A stretch of DNA of 64,000 nucleotides from a virus (lineage: Duplodnaviria; Caudoviricetes). The notes under the pieces were generated by a model that worked only from the letters and a program-made list of their open reading frames with translations, ran no database searches and was not told where the DNA came from. Location of the stretch: positions 698-64,697 of the IMG/VR virus record IMGVR_UViG_3300027733_000056; one strand, written 5' to 3'. A program made the translations under genes and the position numbers. Below, piece by piece: positions 1 to 9,929 of the stretch. How positions within the stretch are numbered: the stretch's first letter is position 1; each line of letters starts with the position of its first letter.

Positions 1-122
1 CTTTAGACGCAATGCCAGACGTTTACATTGATAGGTGGATAGTGCCCGCGAAGAAGGCCGTTACACCCGTTTATGTTGCAGTTGATGTGCCGGAGGATTG
101 CCCTATGCCGAGTAAATCCTAG
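1..122 (+). CDS. 3' fragment of small phage protein (LDAMPDVYIDRW...VPEDCPMPSKS), homolog of 33529..33774
   Basis: Manual translation of frame 3 ends at TAG 120-122; shares D-x-YIDRW and V-x-x-P-x-x-CP-x-P with 33529..33774. Confidence 0.75.
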   Translation, partial: LDAMPDVYIDRWIVPAKKAVTPVYVAVDVPEDCPMPSKS

Positions 123-534
123 TTCCTTTGTTATCAATAATTAACGTTTGACCCCTTGGCTTGCCCTTGGGGTCATTCGGAATGCTAACGTGTGTCCAGC
201 GGTCAAACTCACGGATTAGTTGGTCATAGGGTAAACCCTTGGACATGATTGTTTGCACTACTTGGTCAGGGGTCATGCCAGGGATGCGAAGGTCGGCGGC
301 GCAACCTACCCGATGTTGGCTTGTATCCTTGCTGCCTACTGCATCATTTACTTCTTTGCATCGAAACGCTGAGTTAACCATAACCGGCTTGCCGCCCAAC
401 GCAACTTTGACTTGTTCCAAAAAGTTTGCAAGGCGTATAAGATTTGTTCTTTCACTAGGACTAGGTTCATTCTTAAACTCCCGATGGTCGGTTATGGTTA
501 ATTCCTCTAACGTGAAGTTTGGACTAAGGTTCAT
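103..534 (-). CDS. Endolysin, peptidase M15A family
   Basis: LSPNFTLEE start, SAFRC..VN..VG, SQH..G.AAD and WTHVS Zn-peptidase motifs; next to holin. Confidence 0.9.
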   Translation of the reverse strand: MNLSPNFTLEELTITDHREFKNEPSPSERTNLIRLANFLEQVKVALGGKPVMVNSAFRCKEVNDAVGSKDTSQHRVGCAADLRIPGMTPDQVVQTIMSKGLPYDQLIREFDRWTHVSIPNDPKGKPRGQTLIIDNKGTRIYSA

Positions 535-938
535 TTTGACGCTACGCCTTGCATTTTTTCGGCGGTACGCATACCACCAAGGCCAAGCATTCCCAAAAGC
601 AAAGGCATCATTGTTCCGGTATCCATTGTGGGAAACTTAACAGGGTGACCAGCCAAAGCAGAACCCCACTCAGCCAGCGGGCCGATGACAAATTGGACAG
701 CAAATCCAGCGCCGCACACCCACCCAATAGCAGGCCGCCAGCCGGACACAAAAATACTATTGCTTGCTGCTTCAATCTTGTTAATGTCCATTTGCCCTGT
801 AATTTGGGCTAGTTCTCCATTCTGTTGTAGCTTGAGCAACTCTAACTTAGCAGCGGCCTGCTGGGCGGGGTCAGGCAAAACTCGGTCTAAGACTTTGCCG
901 CCAATCTCAAGCAGCGTTGATACAGGGTCAAGGGCCAT
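531..938 (-). CDS. Holin with 3 TM segments (GTA-type)
   Basis: GWRPAIGWVCG and LLGMLGLGGMRTAEK signature; start moved to MALDPV. Confidence 0.85.
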   Translation of the reverse strand: MALDPVSTLLEIGGKVLDRVLPDPAQQAAAKLELLKLQQNGELAQITGQMDINKIEAASNSIFVSGWRPAIGWVCGAGFAVQFVIGPLAEWGSALAGHPVKFPTMDTGTMMPLLLGMLGLGGMRTAEKMQGVASK

Positions 939-1170
939 GCTTGATCTCCTCATCATGCGACAGCTTCACGCCAGCCAGCAGCCCAATAAAGCCGCCAATG
1001 ATGGTTTGGAAGGCGGGCGACAACAGCTTAAAGATTTCAGCGTTATCCACTTCTTTTGACCACAGGCCAAGTAGAAAGGCCATAACCATGCCTAGCACCG
1101 AGATGCAAAGGGTTGCGCTGACCATAAGCGTAACTGCAAAGGTCAACCTTGCTTTGATGTTGTCGTTCAC
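928..1170 (-). CDS. Small two-TM membrane protein in lysis cluster
   Basis: Two hydrophobic helices; GTG start overlaps the upstream stop. Confidence 0.65.
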   Translation of the reverse strand: MNDNIKARLTFAVTLMVSATLCISVLGMVMAFLLGLWSKEVDNAEIFKLLSPAFQTIIGGFIGLLAGVKLSHDEEIKHGP

Positions 1171-1481
1171 TTTTTCCCCGCTTTCTCTATGATCTTTGCG
1201 CGTAGCAAAGGACTGTCTGATGTACCTGCCCATTCGGGCAAGGCGTTCCAAATAATCATGTAATCGTTTGAATTGCATGATGTTTTATCTAACCACTCCA
1301 ACATAGCTTTGTGGCGTTCCGCTGGGTCGTGCGTTGACCAGGCTATAACGTACAATTCTTGCACCGCGCAACTTGATTTGGGCGGCGGCTTCTTTGGCAA
1401 AGGCGGTTCCGTACTTAGGATTAGCTTGTCCTGGGCAACCGATACGGTCACCAGTACCAATAGAAGTACGGCCCAACGCAT
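1167..1481 (-). CDS. Signal-peptide-bearing hypothetical protein (possible lysis accessory)
   Basis: N-terminal hydrophobic signal, Pro-rich linker, two Cys; coupled in operon. Confidence 0.6.
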   Translation of the reverse strand: MRWAVLLLVLVTVSVAQDKLILSTEPPLPKKPPPKSSCAVQELYVIAWSTHDPAERHKAMLEWLDKTSCNSNDYMIIWNALPEWAGTSDSPLLRAKIIEKAGKK

Positions 1482-1484
1482 ACA

Positions 1485-1718
1485 TTAGTTTTTACCCACC
1501 CAATGGCTTAAATAGCCCAATATGCTGCCAATAGCAGACACCATAACCATACCAGCGTAAAACGAACCTTTGCCTTGATTTGCTATTTCAACTAGTTTGT
1601 CAATGTTGGTTTCCAACTTGTCGATCTTGGCGCTCATCTCGTCAAACCGGCGCTCGTAGTCCTGCACTTTTTGCCAAAGCACACCATAACGAACAGGGTC
1701 AATCTCAGGCGCGTTCAT
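1485..1718 (-). CDS. Coiled-coil protein with C-terminal TM (holin-like)
   Basis: Heptad region followed by a hydrophobic tail. Confidence 0.6.
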   Translation of the reverse strand: MNAPEIDPVRYGVLWQKVQDYERRFDEMSAKIDKLETNIDKLVEIANQGKGSFYAGMVMVSAIGSILGYLSHWVGKN

Positions 1719-2257
1719 GATTTTTGTATAAAAGCTAATGCGTAGTAAGTTGGAAGGTTAGTCCCTACATTACTTGTTACAGAAGATGTAAAGCCACCTG
1801 TGTTACCTACGGCGTAAGTGTTACCGGCCCCGACTACAAACGAATCTTTAAGGTTAGGCGTTCCATTAGACCCATCGCAAAGGTAATAACCGGATGGAAC
1901 AGAACTAATTGAACCAGACCACATGATGATGCCGCCACTAGGAACTGCGCTAACCGCCGAAGTTGTACCAATGATGCCGTATAAGTTGTCGTAAGTTTGG
2001 ATTACGTTGTTGCTTGAATCAGCCAGGACAAACTTGTAGTTAGTTCCCGAAGTAAGCCATATCTCATTAGGTGGTCGTCCATCCGTGCCTAACTGGATAG
2101 GATTGGTGTTAGCTATTGTGCCTGCCAAAGTTGTGTAAGTAGCCGTAGGCGTTGTAGTGCCCGCTGCATAAGTGTAGATGTATCCCCCGTTAAGGGGAAT
2201 GCCGGTGGTGGTAAAGAATTGGAATCCGTTACCTATGGGTGAAAGATTAACTGCCAT
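1715..2257 (-). CDS. Short tail appendage protein (head-binding-like N-terminus plus tail-collar domain)
   Basis: YTYAAGTTTP..TY..NTNPI.L..GR N-terminus; PSGGIIMWSG..P.GY.LCDG.NGTPNL collar motif. Confidence 0.75.
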   Translation of the reverse strand: MAVNLSPIGNGFQFFTTTGIPLNGGYIYTYAAGTTTPTATYTTLAGTIANTNPIQLGTDGRPPNEIWLTSGTNYKFVLADSSNNVIQTYDNLYGIIGTTSAVSAVPSGGIIMWSGSISSVPSGYYLCDGSNGTPNLKDSFVVGAGNTYAVGNTGGFTSSVTSNVGTNLPTYYALAFIQKS

Positions 2258-2259
2258 TT

Positions 2260-4428
2260 TTAGTCCTCAATTACACCGCTATATTTTGCAGCAGCGTTTC
2301 TGCCAAATTGCTCTTTTTGCTTGTTTGCAAACCATCCTTTACCCATTTGAACAATAGGAACTGACATACCTCCAGTGCCTTTTGCCGCCAATGCTTCAAG
2401 TCCTGTTGCACCTGCTTGCTTTGCCATTTCTGCAATTTGTCCTGACAAAGTATTGGAATAATTAAACACTTTTGTTTTTGGCTGTGCAATTTTGTTTGTT
2501 AAAAAATTAATTTCATTAAGATTTTTTGCGCCTTCAACGCCATGTAAATCTAATAATTTTTCTCTTTGATTGTATAAATAATCGTGCAGACCTTTAGGCG
2601 TAAGATTAAAAATGTCACCAGAAACGCCGCTTGCTTTTTTTAATGCTTCAATTTCACCGGCTTTCATTGCTTGGTGCGCTTCCGAATCTTGACCTAATTC
2701 ACGAATCATGCGTTGTATGTCTGCGCGTGAACCTTTAGTTACATATTTACTATGAAACGTGTCAGCACCAGCACTACCAATTTCTTCTGCTGCATCTTTA
2801 GCACTTACCGCTTCTTTAACAGATTGTTTGTAACCAGGCACATCACGAATCGTATCAAACCGTTCTTTTGCTAATGCAATTGCTTTATCAGCTAATGGTT
2901 TAAGTGTTGCAGCATCGCCTACCAATGGAATTTTTTGCAATTCTTGACGAATAACAAATGCGGCAGCACGTTCACTACCTTTGCCTTCTTTCATGTATTG
3001 ACCAAGGCGTTGGTTCAATTTTAAAAATTTGTCAAATGTCATTTGCCCGTTTGCTTCTTCAATTTGCGTTAATGTTTTTTGCAATGATTCGGGCACATCA
3101 TTAGACAACAATTCTTCTGAAAGTTTGTTTTTTGAATTTTCAATAAATTTTAAACCATCAACAGGAAATTGATCTGTTGGCGCTAATCCTTTTTCTTGGC
3201 GCAATTCATTGTATTTATTTTTTAAATCTCCATAAGCGTTGCTAATGTTTTCTTGCCGAACAGCATCATTTTTAAGAAACCCATTAATTTCTGCTTGACC
3301 AATATCATTAGGCCCATAGTCTCTAATGTTAGGCGCTACTTCATCTCTTACTTTTTCCAATGCAGTTTTTACTTGTGCTGGTTGGTTTTCAAACAATGGG
3401 CCAATAGTTTCTTGATGTGCACCTCGATTGTTCCATTCGTCCGCATAGCCTTGTCCAGTACGCTGGCCTCTTGAAAGATTAATGCCGTGTTTGTCTTCCA
3501 ATAATGCCGCTTGCCCAGCTTCTAAATTTACTTTATTAGGGTTAGAATTTTTAAGTATTTGAGATAATTCTGGACTAGCTTCTCCAGCTAAAGCATTTAC
3601 TGCCGTAGGCTTGTCTACTGCGGCTGCACCTACGCTTCCACCCGTTCCAGGCGTTTTAGGCGCTCCAACTTCAACGGTGTACTCTGGCAAAGCCGCCTTA
3701 ATTTTGGCAACACCTGTTTTTATAGGTTTAGCAGAAAATGGAGCCGCCATCATTGCAGCAGACACACCTTGTTCAATGTCGGTGGGACTAATGCCGGTGC
3801 GTTGGCCTACCGCTTCTGCGCCTTTTGCAATTACCCCGCCAATTGCTTGTTGGGCTTGTGTCGGCAATGAACCTTGATAACCTGGCGTTTCAACCGTTCC
3901 CGTAAGCCGACCAAACGGGTTAGCTAATGCTTGAGATACAGGCGCTGCCGCTGCGGTCGCTTCCTCTGGGTTAAGTCCAAATACTCGACCAGCACCATAT
4001 CCAACCGTTCCGGCAACCGCAGAAGGAATATTTCCAACCACATCAAGCACGGCGGCAGTTTCTCCACGGGCACGTTGTTTAAGTTGCAAAGCCCGCTGGA
4101 ATGCTTGTGCAACCGGCCCCATCGGTGGCTGGTAAGACTGCAATTCTGCTGCCGTTGGCCCACCTTGACCGCCTCGACCACTTCCACCGCTTGCAGCCAT
4201 AGGTGCAGGCATATCAAGAAAGTCGGCAAATGTGCCGGTTTGTGGTGTACTAGGGTTAGCTTGATAATATGATTGCAACATTGCGGCAACTTCGGGCTTT
4301 CCTTGTGCCGCTTGTGCTTCATATTGTTGTAGCAATTCTTTTGGAAGTTTGCCGCCCGTCCATTTCATGCCACTAGGCGCAGCAGTAGCTGCTTGATCGC
4401 CACCAAGGAAATCAGCAAAAGTAGACAT
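2260..4428 (-). CDS. DNA ejection / internal virion protein (P22 gp16-like position)
   Basis: Ala/Gly/Gln-rich helical 722 aa; last of three large genes after the gp10-like gene. Confidence 0.6.
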   Translation of the reverse strand: MSTFADFLGGDQAATAAPSGMKWTGGKLPKELLQQYEAQAAQGKPEVAAMLQSYYQANPSTPQTGTFADFLDMPAPMAASGGSGRGGQGGPTAAELQSYQPPMGPVAQAFQRALQLKQRARGETAAVLDVVGNIPSAVAGTVGYGAGRVFGLNPEEATAAAAPVSQALANPFGRLTGTVETPGYQGSLPTQAQQAIGGVIAKGAEAVGQRTGISPTDIEQGVSAAMMAAPFSAKPIKTGVAKIKAALPEYTVEVGAPKTPGTGGSVGAAAVDKPTAVNALAGEASPELSQILKNSNPNKVNLEAGQAALLEDKHGINLSRGQRTGQGYADEWNNRGAHQETIGPLFENQPAQVKTALEKVRDEVAPNIRDYGPNDIGQAEINGFLKNDAVRQENISNAYGDLKNKYNELRQEKGLAPTDQFPVDGLKFIENSKNKLSEELLSNDVPESLQKTLTQIEEANGQMTFDKFLKLNQRLGQYMKEGKGSERAAAFVIRQELQKIPLVGDAATLKPLADKAIALAKERFDTIRDVPGYKQSVKEAVSAKDAAEEIGSAGADTFHSKYVTKGSRADIQRMIRELGQDSEAHQAMKAGEIEALKKASGVSGDIFNLTPKGLHDYLYNQREKLLDLHGVEGAKNLNEINFLTNKIAQPKTKVFNYSNTLSGQIAEMAKQAGATGLEALAAKGTGGMSVPIVQMGKGWFANKQKEQFGRNAAAKYSGVIED

Positions 4429-5774
4429 TATTGAATAATCCCAAATTGTTTAGCCATTGCACGTTTTTGACGCAATGCAGTAAGTTCCGCAGGGCTCATT
4501 GCTTGCATCATCTTTTGCGCGTCTGCTTGCGACATTTCTTGGAAGAAACGTGGGTCAGCAGCGTTGTTCCATTGTAAAAGTTTGTTTTGATAAGTTGTTG
4601 GGTTTCCTATTGCGCTTTGCAAGAAATTAGATTTTGCTGCGTTAAACGATTCTTGACCAATCAATTGGTTAGTGACGCGCAACATACCTTCTTTTGTCAT
4701 CTTGGTGTTGGGACTAGCCAATTCAGCAAGACCACGCGCAGCATCCGTATTACCACCGGCAAGTTGAAGCAATTTGGTGTTTTTTGCCAATTCGTCTGTA
4801 GAAGAACTTTCCAAAATGTTGTAAGGAATTCCAAGCGATTGTGCAAGATTAGCAGCAAATTGTTTCTTTTCTGACAATGCGCCAGTAAAAGATTCTGGAA
4901 TAAGTTTTTTAATGTTTTGGTAAATGGCAATTTTTTGCGGTGCTTCACTAGCTTTTTGCGAAGTTGCAGCCCAATCACTACTCAAAGTTGTACCCAAGTT
5001 AGCTTGTATATTTGTTGTAGCTGGGCCTACTCCAGCTTGTACTGGCCCTGCCGGTCTTTGTGATTGTGGGCCAAGGTAAGTTGTCTCACCTAATGGCCCT
5101 GCAACCGTTGTAGTAGGTGGCAATTGAGTTTCAATGCCTGCGCCCATTTGTTGCCCTGGCGCTTGTACCGCAAGAGCGCCGCCAGCAGTCATGGGCACAG
5201 TCGCCGCACCCGTAGAAATTGCTTGTGTTGCGGGGTACAACCTATCAATATGAGCCGATGCCTCTAAAGACTGAAGGCCATTGCGACCAAGCCATAAACG
5301 AAGTTCCGCAGGCGTTCCAGTTTTAGGAATTTGTGCTAAAGATTGTTTAATGGCATCTTCGCCAGCGCCACTATCTTTTAACGTTTTGCTCATTGAATCC
5401 GTAATGTCTTGCACCGAAATATCTTCTTTAGTAGCAAGACCAAGCAATTGACGGGCTGCGTTTGATTGAAATTCTTTTAACGCTTGAACCCGTTTTACAT
5501 CCGCATCGCTTATTGATGCCGATATACGGGATTGTTCTGTTCCAGCAGCAACATTGGCGTTTGCTTTTGCGCCTTGTAATTCTGCCTGCGCTCTTTGAAG
5601 TGCAAGCGGGTTTAATTGTTGGGCTTGCTGCAATTCCAATTGCTTGGCCTGCAAAGCTAACGGGTTAAGCTGCTGTGCTTGCTGGTAATTCTGCACACCC
5701 GATGCCAAGTTCATCATGTCTGCCAGCGAAGTCTGCTGGACAGGGTTTGTGTAGCCGGTGAAAAAGTCTGCCAT
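4428..5774 (-). CDS. DNA ejection / internal virion protein (P22 gp20-like position)
   Basis: Gln/Ala-rich; synteny. Confidence 0.6.
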   Translation of the reverse strand: MADFFTGYTNPVQQTSLADMMNLASGVQNYQQAQQLNPLALQAKQLELQQAQQLNPLALQRAQAELQGAKANANVAAGTEQSRISASISDADVKRVQALKEFQSNAARQLLGLATKEDISVQDITDSMSKTLKDSGAGEDAIKQSLAQIPKTGTPAELRLWLGRNGLQSLEASAHIDRLYPATQAISTGAATVPMTAGGALAVQAPGQQMGAGIETQLPPTTTVAGPLGETTYLGPQSQRPAGPVQAGVGPATTNIQANLGTTLSSDWAATSQKASEAPQKIAIYQNIKKLIPESFTGALSEKKQFAANLAQSLGIPYNILESSSTDELAKNTKLLQLAGGNTDAARGLAELASPNTKMTKEGMLRVTNQLIGQESFNAAKSNFLQSAIGNPTTYQNKLLQWNNAADPRFFQEMSQADAQKMMQAMSPAELTALRQKRAMAKQFGIIQ

Positions 5775-5783
5775 ATTTATTCC

Positions 5784-7673
5784 TTACGGGGGTGGAGTTT
5801 TAACACCTTGGTTTAGCAACGCCGCAAGGAATGCAGCATTAGCAGCAGCATTAGCACCGCCGCCCGCAGCTTGAGCTTGTCCAAGCATAGCAGCCGCAGT
5901 AGCGTTTCCAAGGCCAATATTAAGGTTAGAAATATTAGTTCCGTAAGACGTTCCCGCCGATGACGCTTGCTTATTAGCATCTGTGCCAATGCCCGCCATG
6001 TTTGACAGGTTGTTGTAAATGTTGTTACGCTGCGTTTGGTAATTTTGGAACGCATTTTGATATGCATTACCGGCGTAGTTTTGCGTGTAGTTTTGCAAGC
6101 CTTGTAACGTATTGCCCGACAATGCACCACCGCCCACGTTAGCTGCCCGTTGGTTAGCCATTTGACCCTGCTGAAGCATAAAGTCGTAGTTAGGGGCTAA
6201 TCCAGAAGTAAGATCGTTTTTATCAAATTGATGTGTTAAGTACCCAGAGCCTGCGCCCATTGTGGTGGGTTGACCCGTAACGGGGTCATACATTTGATAT
6301 GTACCGCTACCAAGTTGCCCCATTTGATTCAGCGCATTTATGCCTGTGCCTTGGTATGGCTTTTGGAAACCTAATTGTGTGTCGTAAACACCTTTTAAAA
6401 CGTCTTGAGAAGCCTTTGTAGCATCTTGTTGGGCTTTTAAACCCGCACCTATTGCGCCGGACGTATTTAATGCCGTAGCTGCGTTTACGCCGCCCGACAA
6501 CAATGCGGCAAGTTGCGTTCCCGTAAGGCCGGTAGCGTCTTTTAATTTTTGAAGTAGGCTTGGGTCTATTGGAACCGACGTTGGAATATTAGTTCCGGGC
6601 GGCCCTACGTCTGGTGGCGGTGGAGTGCCAGGCGTAGCTGTAGGTGGCAACGTAGGTGTTGGAGTTGGAATGTTAGACCCAGGAGGCCCAACATCAGGAG
6701 GAGGCGGTGTGCCAGGTGTGCTTGGTGGGCCACTAGGTATAGGAGGAACAACATCAGGCGTAGGCGGCAACGTAGGCGGGCCAACATTGGGAGGAGGCGG
6801 TGTTCCAGGCGTAGCCGTTGGCGGTAAAGTTGGAAAATCTGACAACGGAGTAGGCGGCCCAACATTTGGAGGTGGTGGAGTTCCAGGTGTAGCCGTAGGA
6901 GGTAATACAGGCTCTAAAGAATTAACATTAGAACCAGTTAAATTTGCAATATCTCCCAATGGCGTACCTGTGTTTGCAGGGTTAAATACGGCAGAAGTAG
7001 TTGCACCAGGTATTTGAGACAAAGCATTAGCGCCAACCGCTGAAGCTGGTATGCCAGCCGCCGCCGCTGCTTCTAAAGCAGAAGCGTTTACTCCATATCC
7101 CGCTGTGCCAACTAATGATTCAATAGCCGCAGGCGTTAATGCTGTCCCTGCTGCTCCTGCTCCAGCCAAACCTTCTGCTGCACCAGCCGCCACCGCACTT
7201 TTACCAAACAATGAACCAATAACTGGGCCAAGGAAATATGCGCCACCTGCCAAAGCAGCTATTTTTAACAAATCACCAAAACCATGGTCACTGCTTCTAT
7301 TTGCTGTGTTTTGATATTGCCCGTTTGCGTCAAAATTTACATACTGGCTGTGTCCATTGTCGTAACGATAGCCAATAGGAGGGCCATACTCTACTGATTC
7401 ACCCCCCCCTCGTCTTCCACCGCCGCCTTCAGTATACGTTTGATAAAGAGGCTCCATTGTTGTGCCAAGTCTTTTTTCCTCGGCAAGTACACCGGCTGGT
7501 TTTGGCGCATCTTCTTTTTTTAATCCTGCCGCAATAGGGTTAAATTCATAACCTAAAAAAACAGGCGTGCCTCTCTCCCCTCCTCTACCCGTTTGTTGAT
7601 CATAAACGGGAACCATCCCGTACCCTTGGGTTTGAGAATATGTTTTACTTGGTTCTTGAATATCTCTTGGCAT
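5784..7673 (-). CDS. DNA transfer protein (P22 gp7-like C-terminus) with Pro-rich insertion
   Basis: C-terminal PY..TG..AL, P.Y.F..QQG and GGALSGNTL..L..Y.Q motifs typical of gp7-like proteins. Confidence 0.7.
   Translation of the reverse strand: MPRDIQEPSKTYSQTQGYGMVPVYDQQTGRGGERGTPVFLGYEFNPIAAGLKKEDAPKPAGVLAEEKRLGTTMEPLYQTYTEGGGGRRGGGESVEYGPPIGYRYDNGHSQYVNFDANGQYQNTANRSSDHGFGDLLKIAALAGGAYFLGPVIGSLFGKSAVAAGAAEGLAGAGAAGTALTPAAIESLVGTAGYGVNASALEAAAAAGIPASAVGANALSQIPGATTSAVFNPANTGTPLGDIANLTGSNVNSLEPVLPPTATPGTPPPPNVGPPTPLSDFPTLPPTATPGTPPPPNVGPPTLPPTPDVVPPIPSGPPSTPGTPPPPDVGPPGSNIPTPTPTLPPTATPGTPPPPDVGPPGTNIPTSVPIDPSLLQKLKDATGLTGTQLAALLSGGVNAATALNTSGAIGAGLKAQQDATKASQDVLKGVYDTQLGFQKPYQGTGINALNQMGQLGSGTYQMYDPVTGQPTTMGAGSGYLTHQFDKNDLTSGLAPNYDFMLQQGQMANQRAANVGGGALSGNTLQGLQNYTQNYAGNAYQNAFQNYQTQRNNIYNNLSNMAGIGTDANKQASSAGTSYGTNISNLNIGLGNATAAAMLGQAQAAGGGANAAANAAFLAALLNQGVKTPPP
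6575..6912 (-). repeat. Four in-frame copies of TPGTPPPP[N/D]VGPP
   Basis: Seen in translation; copies differ at synonymous codon positions. Confidence 0.9.
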
Positions 7674-7682
7674 GATTTGTCC

Positions 7683-7913
7683 TTAAACGTTGTAGTATGG
7701 GATTTTATAAGCGTTACCGTTAACGGTGACATTTATAAACCCAACCGGATTAGCGGGCAACGTTGCAGAGCCGGTGGTTGCTGTTGTGGCGCTAGAAAAA
7801 TTCAACAAATTAAGAAAAAACTGTTGCCATGCGCGTGATGGACGGTTTGTGTTTGCATCCAAAAACGGCGCTTGTGGATACGGGTTTATTTGTTGAGTGT
7901 TAGACAGTGCCAT
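7683..7913 (-). CDS. Small virion protein
   Basis: Coupled between gp10-like and ejection genes. Confidence 0.65.
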   Translation of the reverse strand: MALSNTQQINPYPQAPFLDANTNRPSRAWQQFFLNLLNFSSATTATTGSATLPANPVGFINVTVNGNAYKIPYYNV

Positions 7914-9904
7914 TAGCTATCCCCATTCGTGGCTTTAAGATTTGCAGAAACAATGACCGCATTAACAGGGTCGCTAATAGACACTTCAAACACCCGATCA
8001 CGGGCCATGCCCAAACGCCGCCAAATAGCACGGTTTTTGTATCTTCCTAATTGACCAATGTTTGCCCAATATTCCCGCGACCAAGTAGAGCCTCCGTCAT
8101 TAGACCAGCGCAACATTGCTTGTGGGTTAGTTGTTGTGTCCGTGTAGGAACTTGCCACATAACTTCCTATGATAAAAGTCATCAATGGGTCAATCGTAAA
8201 AGTAGCAGTCGGCGCAATAACATACGGGCTGCCTAAGTAGTTGCTTACAGGAATTGCGTTTACAGAAAGCCCCGTCGTGCCTACGCCAGGTTGAAATTGA
8301 AGCTGTAGTTCATCAAAGTATTGACGCTGAAAGTCTGTAACCAAATGAGGCGCACGGCGCAGCCTACGAACGTTTTGTCCGTTATCGGTGTAGTTTTGTC
8401 TATCTAGGTAATACAGTTTTCCGTTTTGATAGTCGCCAACTAGAACTAAACCTTGGAAAGAAGCGGAACAATTACTGCGGTGACGCTGGTAAGTCCCATC
8501 CGAGGCCATTGACAACCATTTATGCCACATTCCCGTTGTTAAGTCATAAGCCCAGGTTAAGTTCAAAGTCGGAAAACTTGTAACGTAAACTTCATGGCCT
8601 TCTAGCTGATAAGTGTACGAAATTGCGTCATCAATGTATTGATTTGTAAGCGTGTTTTCCACCGCATGGTTAGAAATGCGTTTAGGAATGTAGCCTTCCA
8701 TTTGCATAATTTGCGCTTGGCCTCGGTTGTTGCGAGATACATAAGCAAACGAATTACCTAGACGGGCTACCGAAAACTGAGCCGCAATGCCGTGCTGGGT
8801 AGACGTGCCTGGAATACGCTGAAATGGAAAAGGCACTGCGCCCACATCGCTCCAAACTTCCGATGATGCCTCGCCCATCAAATAGACTTCGCGGTGGTCA
8901 ACAATCAAAGCCACTAATTTATCGGGAGCGCCATCTTTTAACGCATAGCTTGTAGATGCAGAAATGGTGCTTAGTAGGTTAGACGAACCCCATTGCTGTG
9001 TGCCTGGGTTGTTGTAGACAAAGTAATTGTCCATAATGTCTACCGATGTGCCACCACTAAACGCGCCATCCGTACTAGGCAAAACGCTAAAGTTAAGACC
9101 GTACATTGTCTGACCAACCGCAATAGTCAAAGACGAACTGATTGTGTAAGTGCCCGTACTACCCGAACCTGTACCAAATGCGGTAACAATAGTCCCTGCG
9201 GTAACGCCTGCGCCTTGTACTGTTTGCCCAAGGTAAATAGTGCCCGAGGCTACCGCCGAAACGGTCATGGTGGTCGCCGCAACAGTTGCCGTATATCTAG
9301 CGCCGACCGCAGCAGAGGCCATAGGCTCAGCCGCCACAGTTTGGCTAAGATTGATGGTGTAAGTGCCTACGCCACCCGACCCCGACCCCAAAGCAGTAAT
9401 CACCGTTTCTGCCGTAATCCCTATCCCCGTCAAGCCTTGGTTAGCCGTAATTGTGCCGCTGCTTACGTTAGTAACCGTTAGGGTAGTTCCGCTAATAGAA
9501 CCCGTAAAAACGGCATTTGCGGGGCTAGAAATGCGCCATGTGTACCGATACGCTCCGTCAACAATATAGGCATTAATGCCGTTGTCAGAGATGCCCACCC
9601 GTCCCGATGACGAATTAAGTAGGCCAACAACCGTAGCGCTTAAATTAGACGTAAAGACGTAAACATAAGACCCGCAGACAACAACCATTTGGCTACCGCC
9701 CGACAGGGTACGCATTCCGCGAACTTCTGCGTTGTTTAAAACGGCTTGAAGCGTTATCCCTGGCGTTGGATAAAGCGCAACCACGCCACGAACACCAGGC
9801 TGCTTGAGTGGGTCAATTTCGGGAAAGAAATTAATACACTCTTGCGCGTCTTGGTAGATCGACGGTGCTTCGTATGATGGGCCGACAAAGCCAAATTCTG
9901 GCAT
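7913..9904 (-). CDS. Packaged-DNA stabilization / tail hub protein (P22 gp10-like)
   Basis: [21 protein letters not shown] and WRRLG.ARDRVFE motifs. Confidence 0.85.
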   Translation of the reverse strand: MPEFGFVGPSYEAPSIYQDAQECINFFPEIDPLKQPGVRGVVALYPTPGITLQAVLNNAEVRGMRTLSGGSQMVVVCGSYVYVFTSNLSATVVGLLNSSSGRVGISDNGINAYIVDGAYRYTWRISSPANAVFTGSISGTTLTVTNVSSGTITANQGLTGIGITAETVITALGSGSGGVGTYTINLSQTVAAEPMASAAVGARYTATVAATTMTVSAVASGTIYLGQTVQGAGVTAGTIVTAFGTGSGSTGTYTISSSLTIAVGQTMYGLNFSVLPSTDGAFSGGTSVDIMDNYFVYNNPGTQQWGSSNLLSTISASTSYALKDGAPDKLVALIVDHREVYLMGEASSEVWSDVGAVPFPFQRIPGTSTQHGIAAQFSVARLGNSFAYVSRNNRGQAQIMQMEGYIPKRISNHAVENTLTNQYIDDAISYTYQLEGHEVYVTSFPTLNLTWAYDLTTGMWHKWLSMASDGTYQRHRSNCSASFQGLVLVGDYQNGKLYYLDRQNYTDNGQNVRRLRRAPHLVTDFQRQYFDELQLQFQPGVGTTGLSVNAIPVSNYLGSPYVIAPTATFTIDPLMTFIIGSYVASSYTDTTTNPQAMLRWSNDGGSTWSREYWANIGQLGRYKNRAIWRRLGMARDRVFEVSISDPVNAVIVSANLKATNGDS

Positions 9905-9929
9905 TTTTAAACCTTAATAGCGGAAAACG

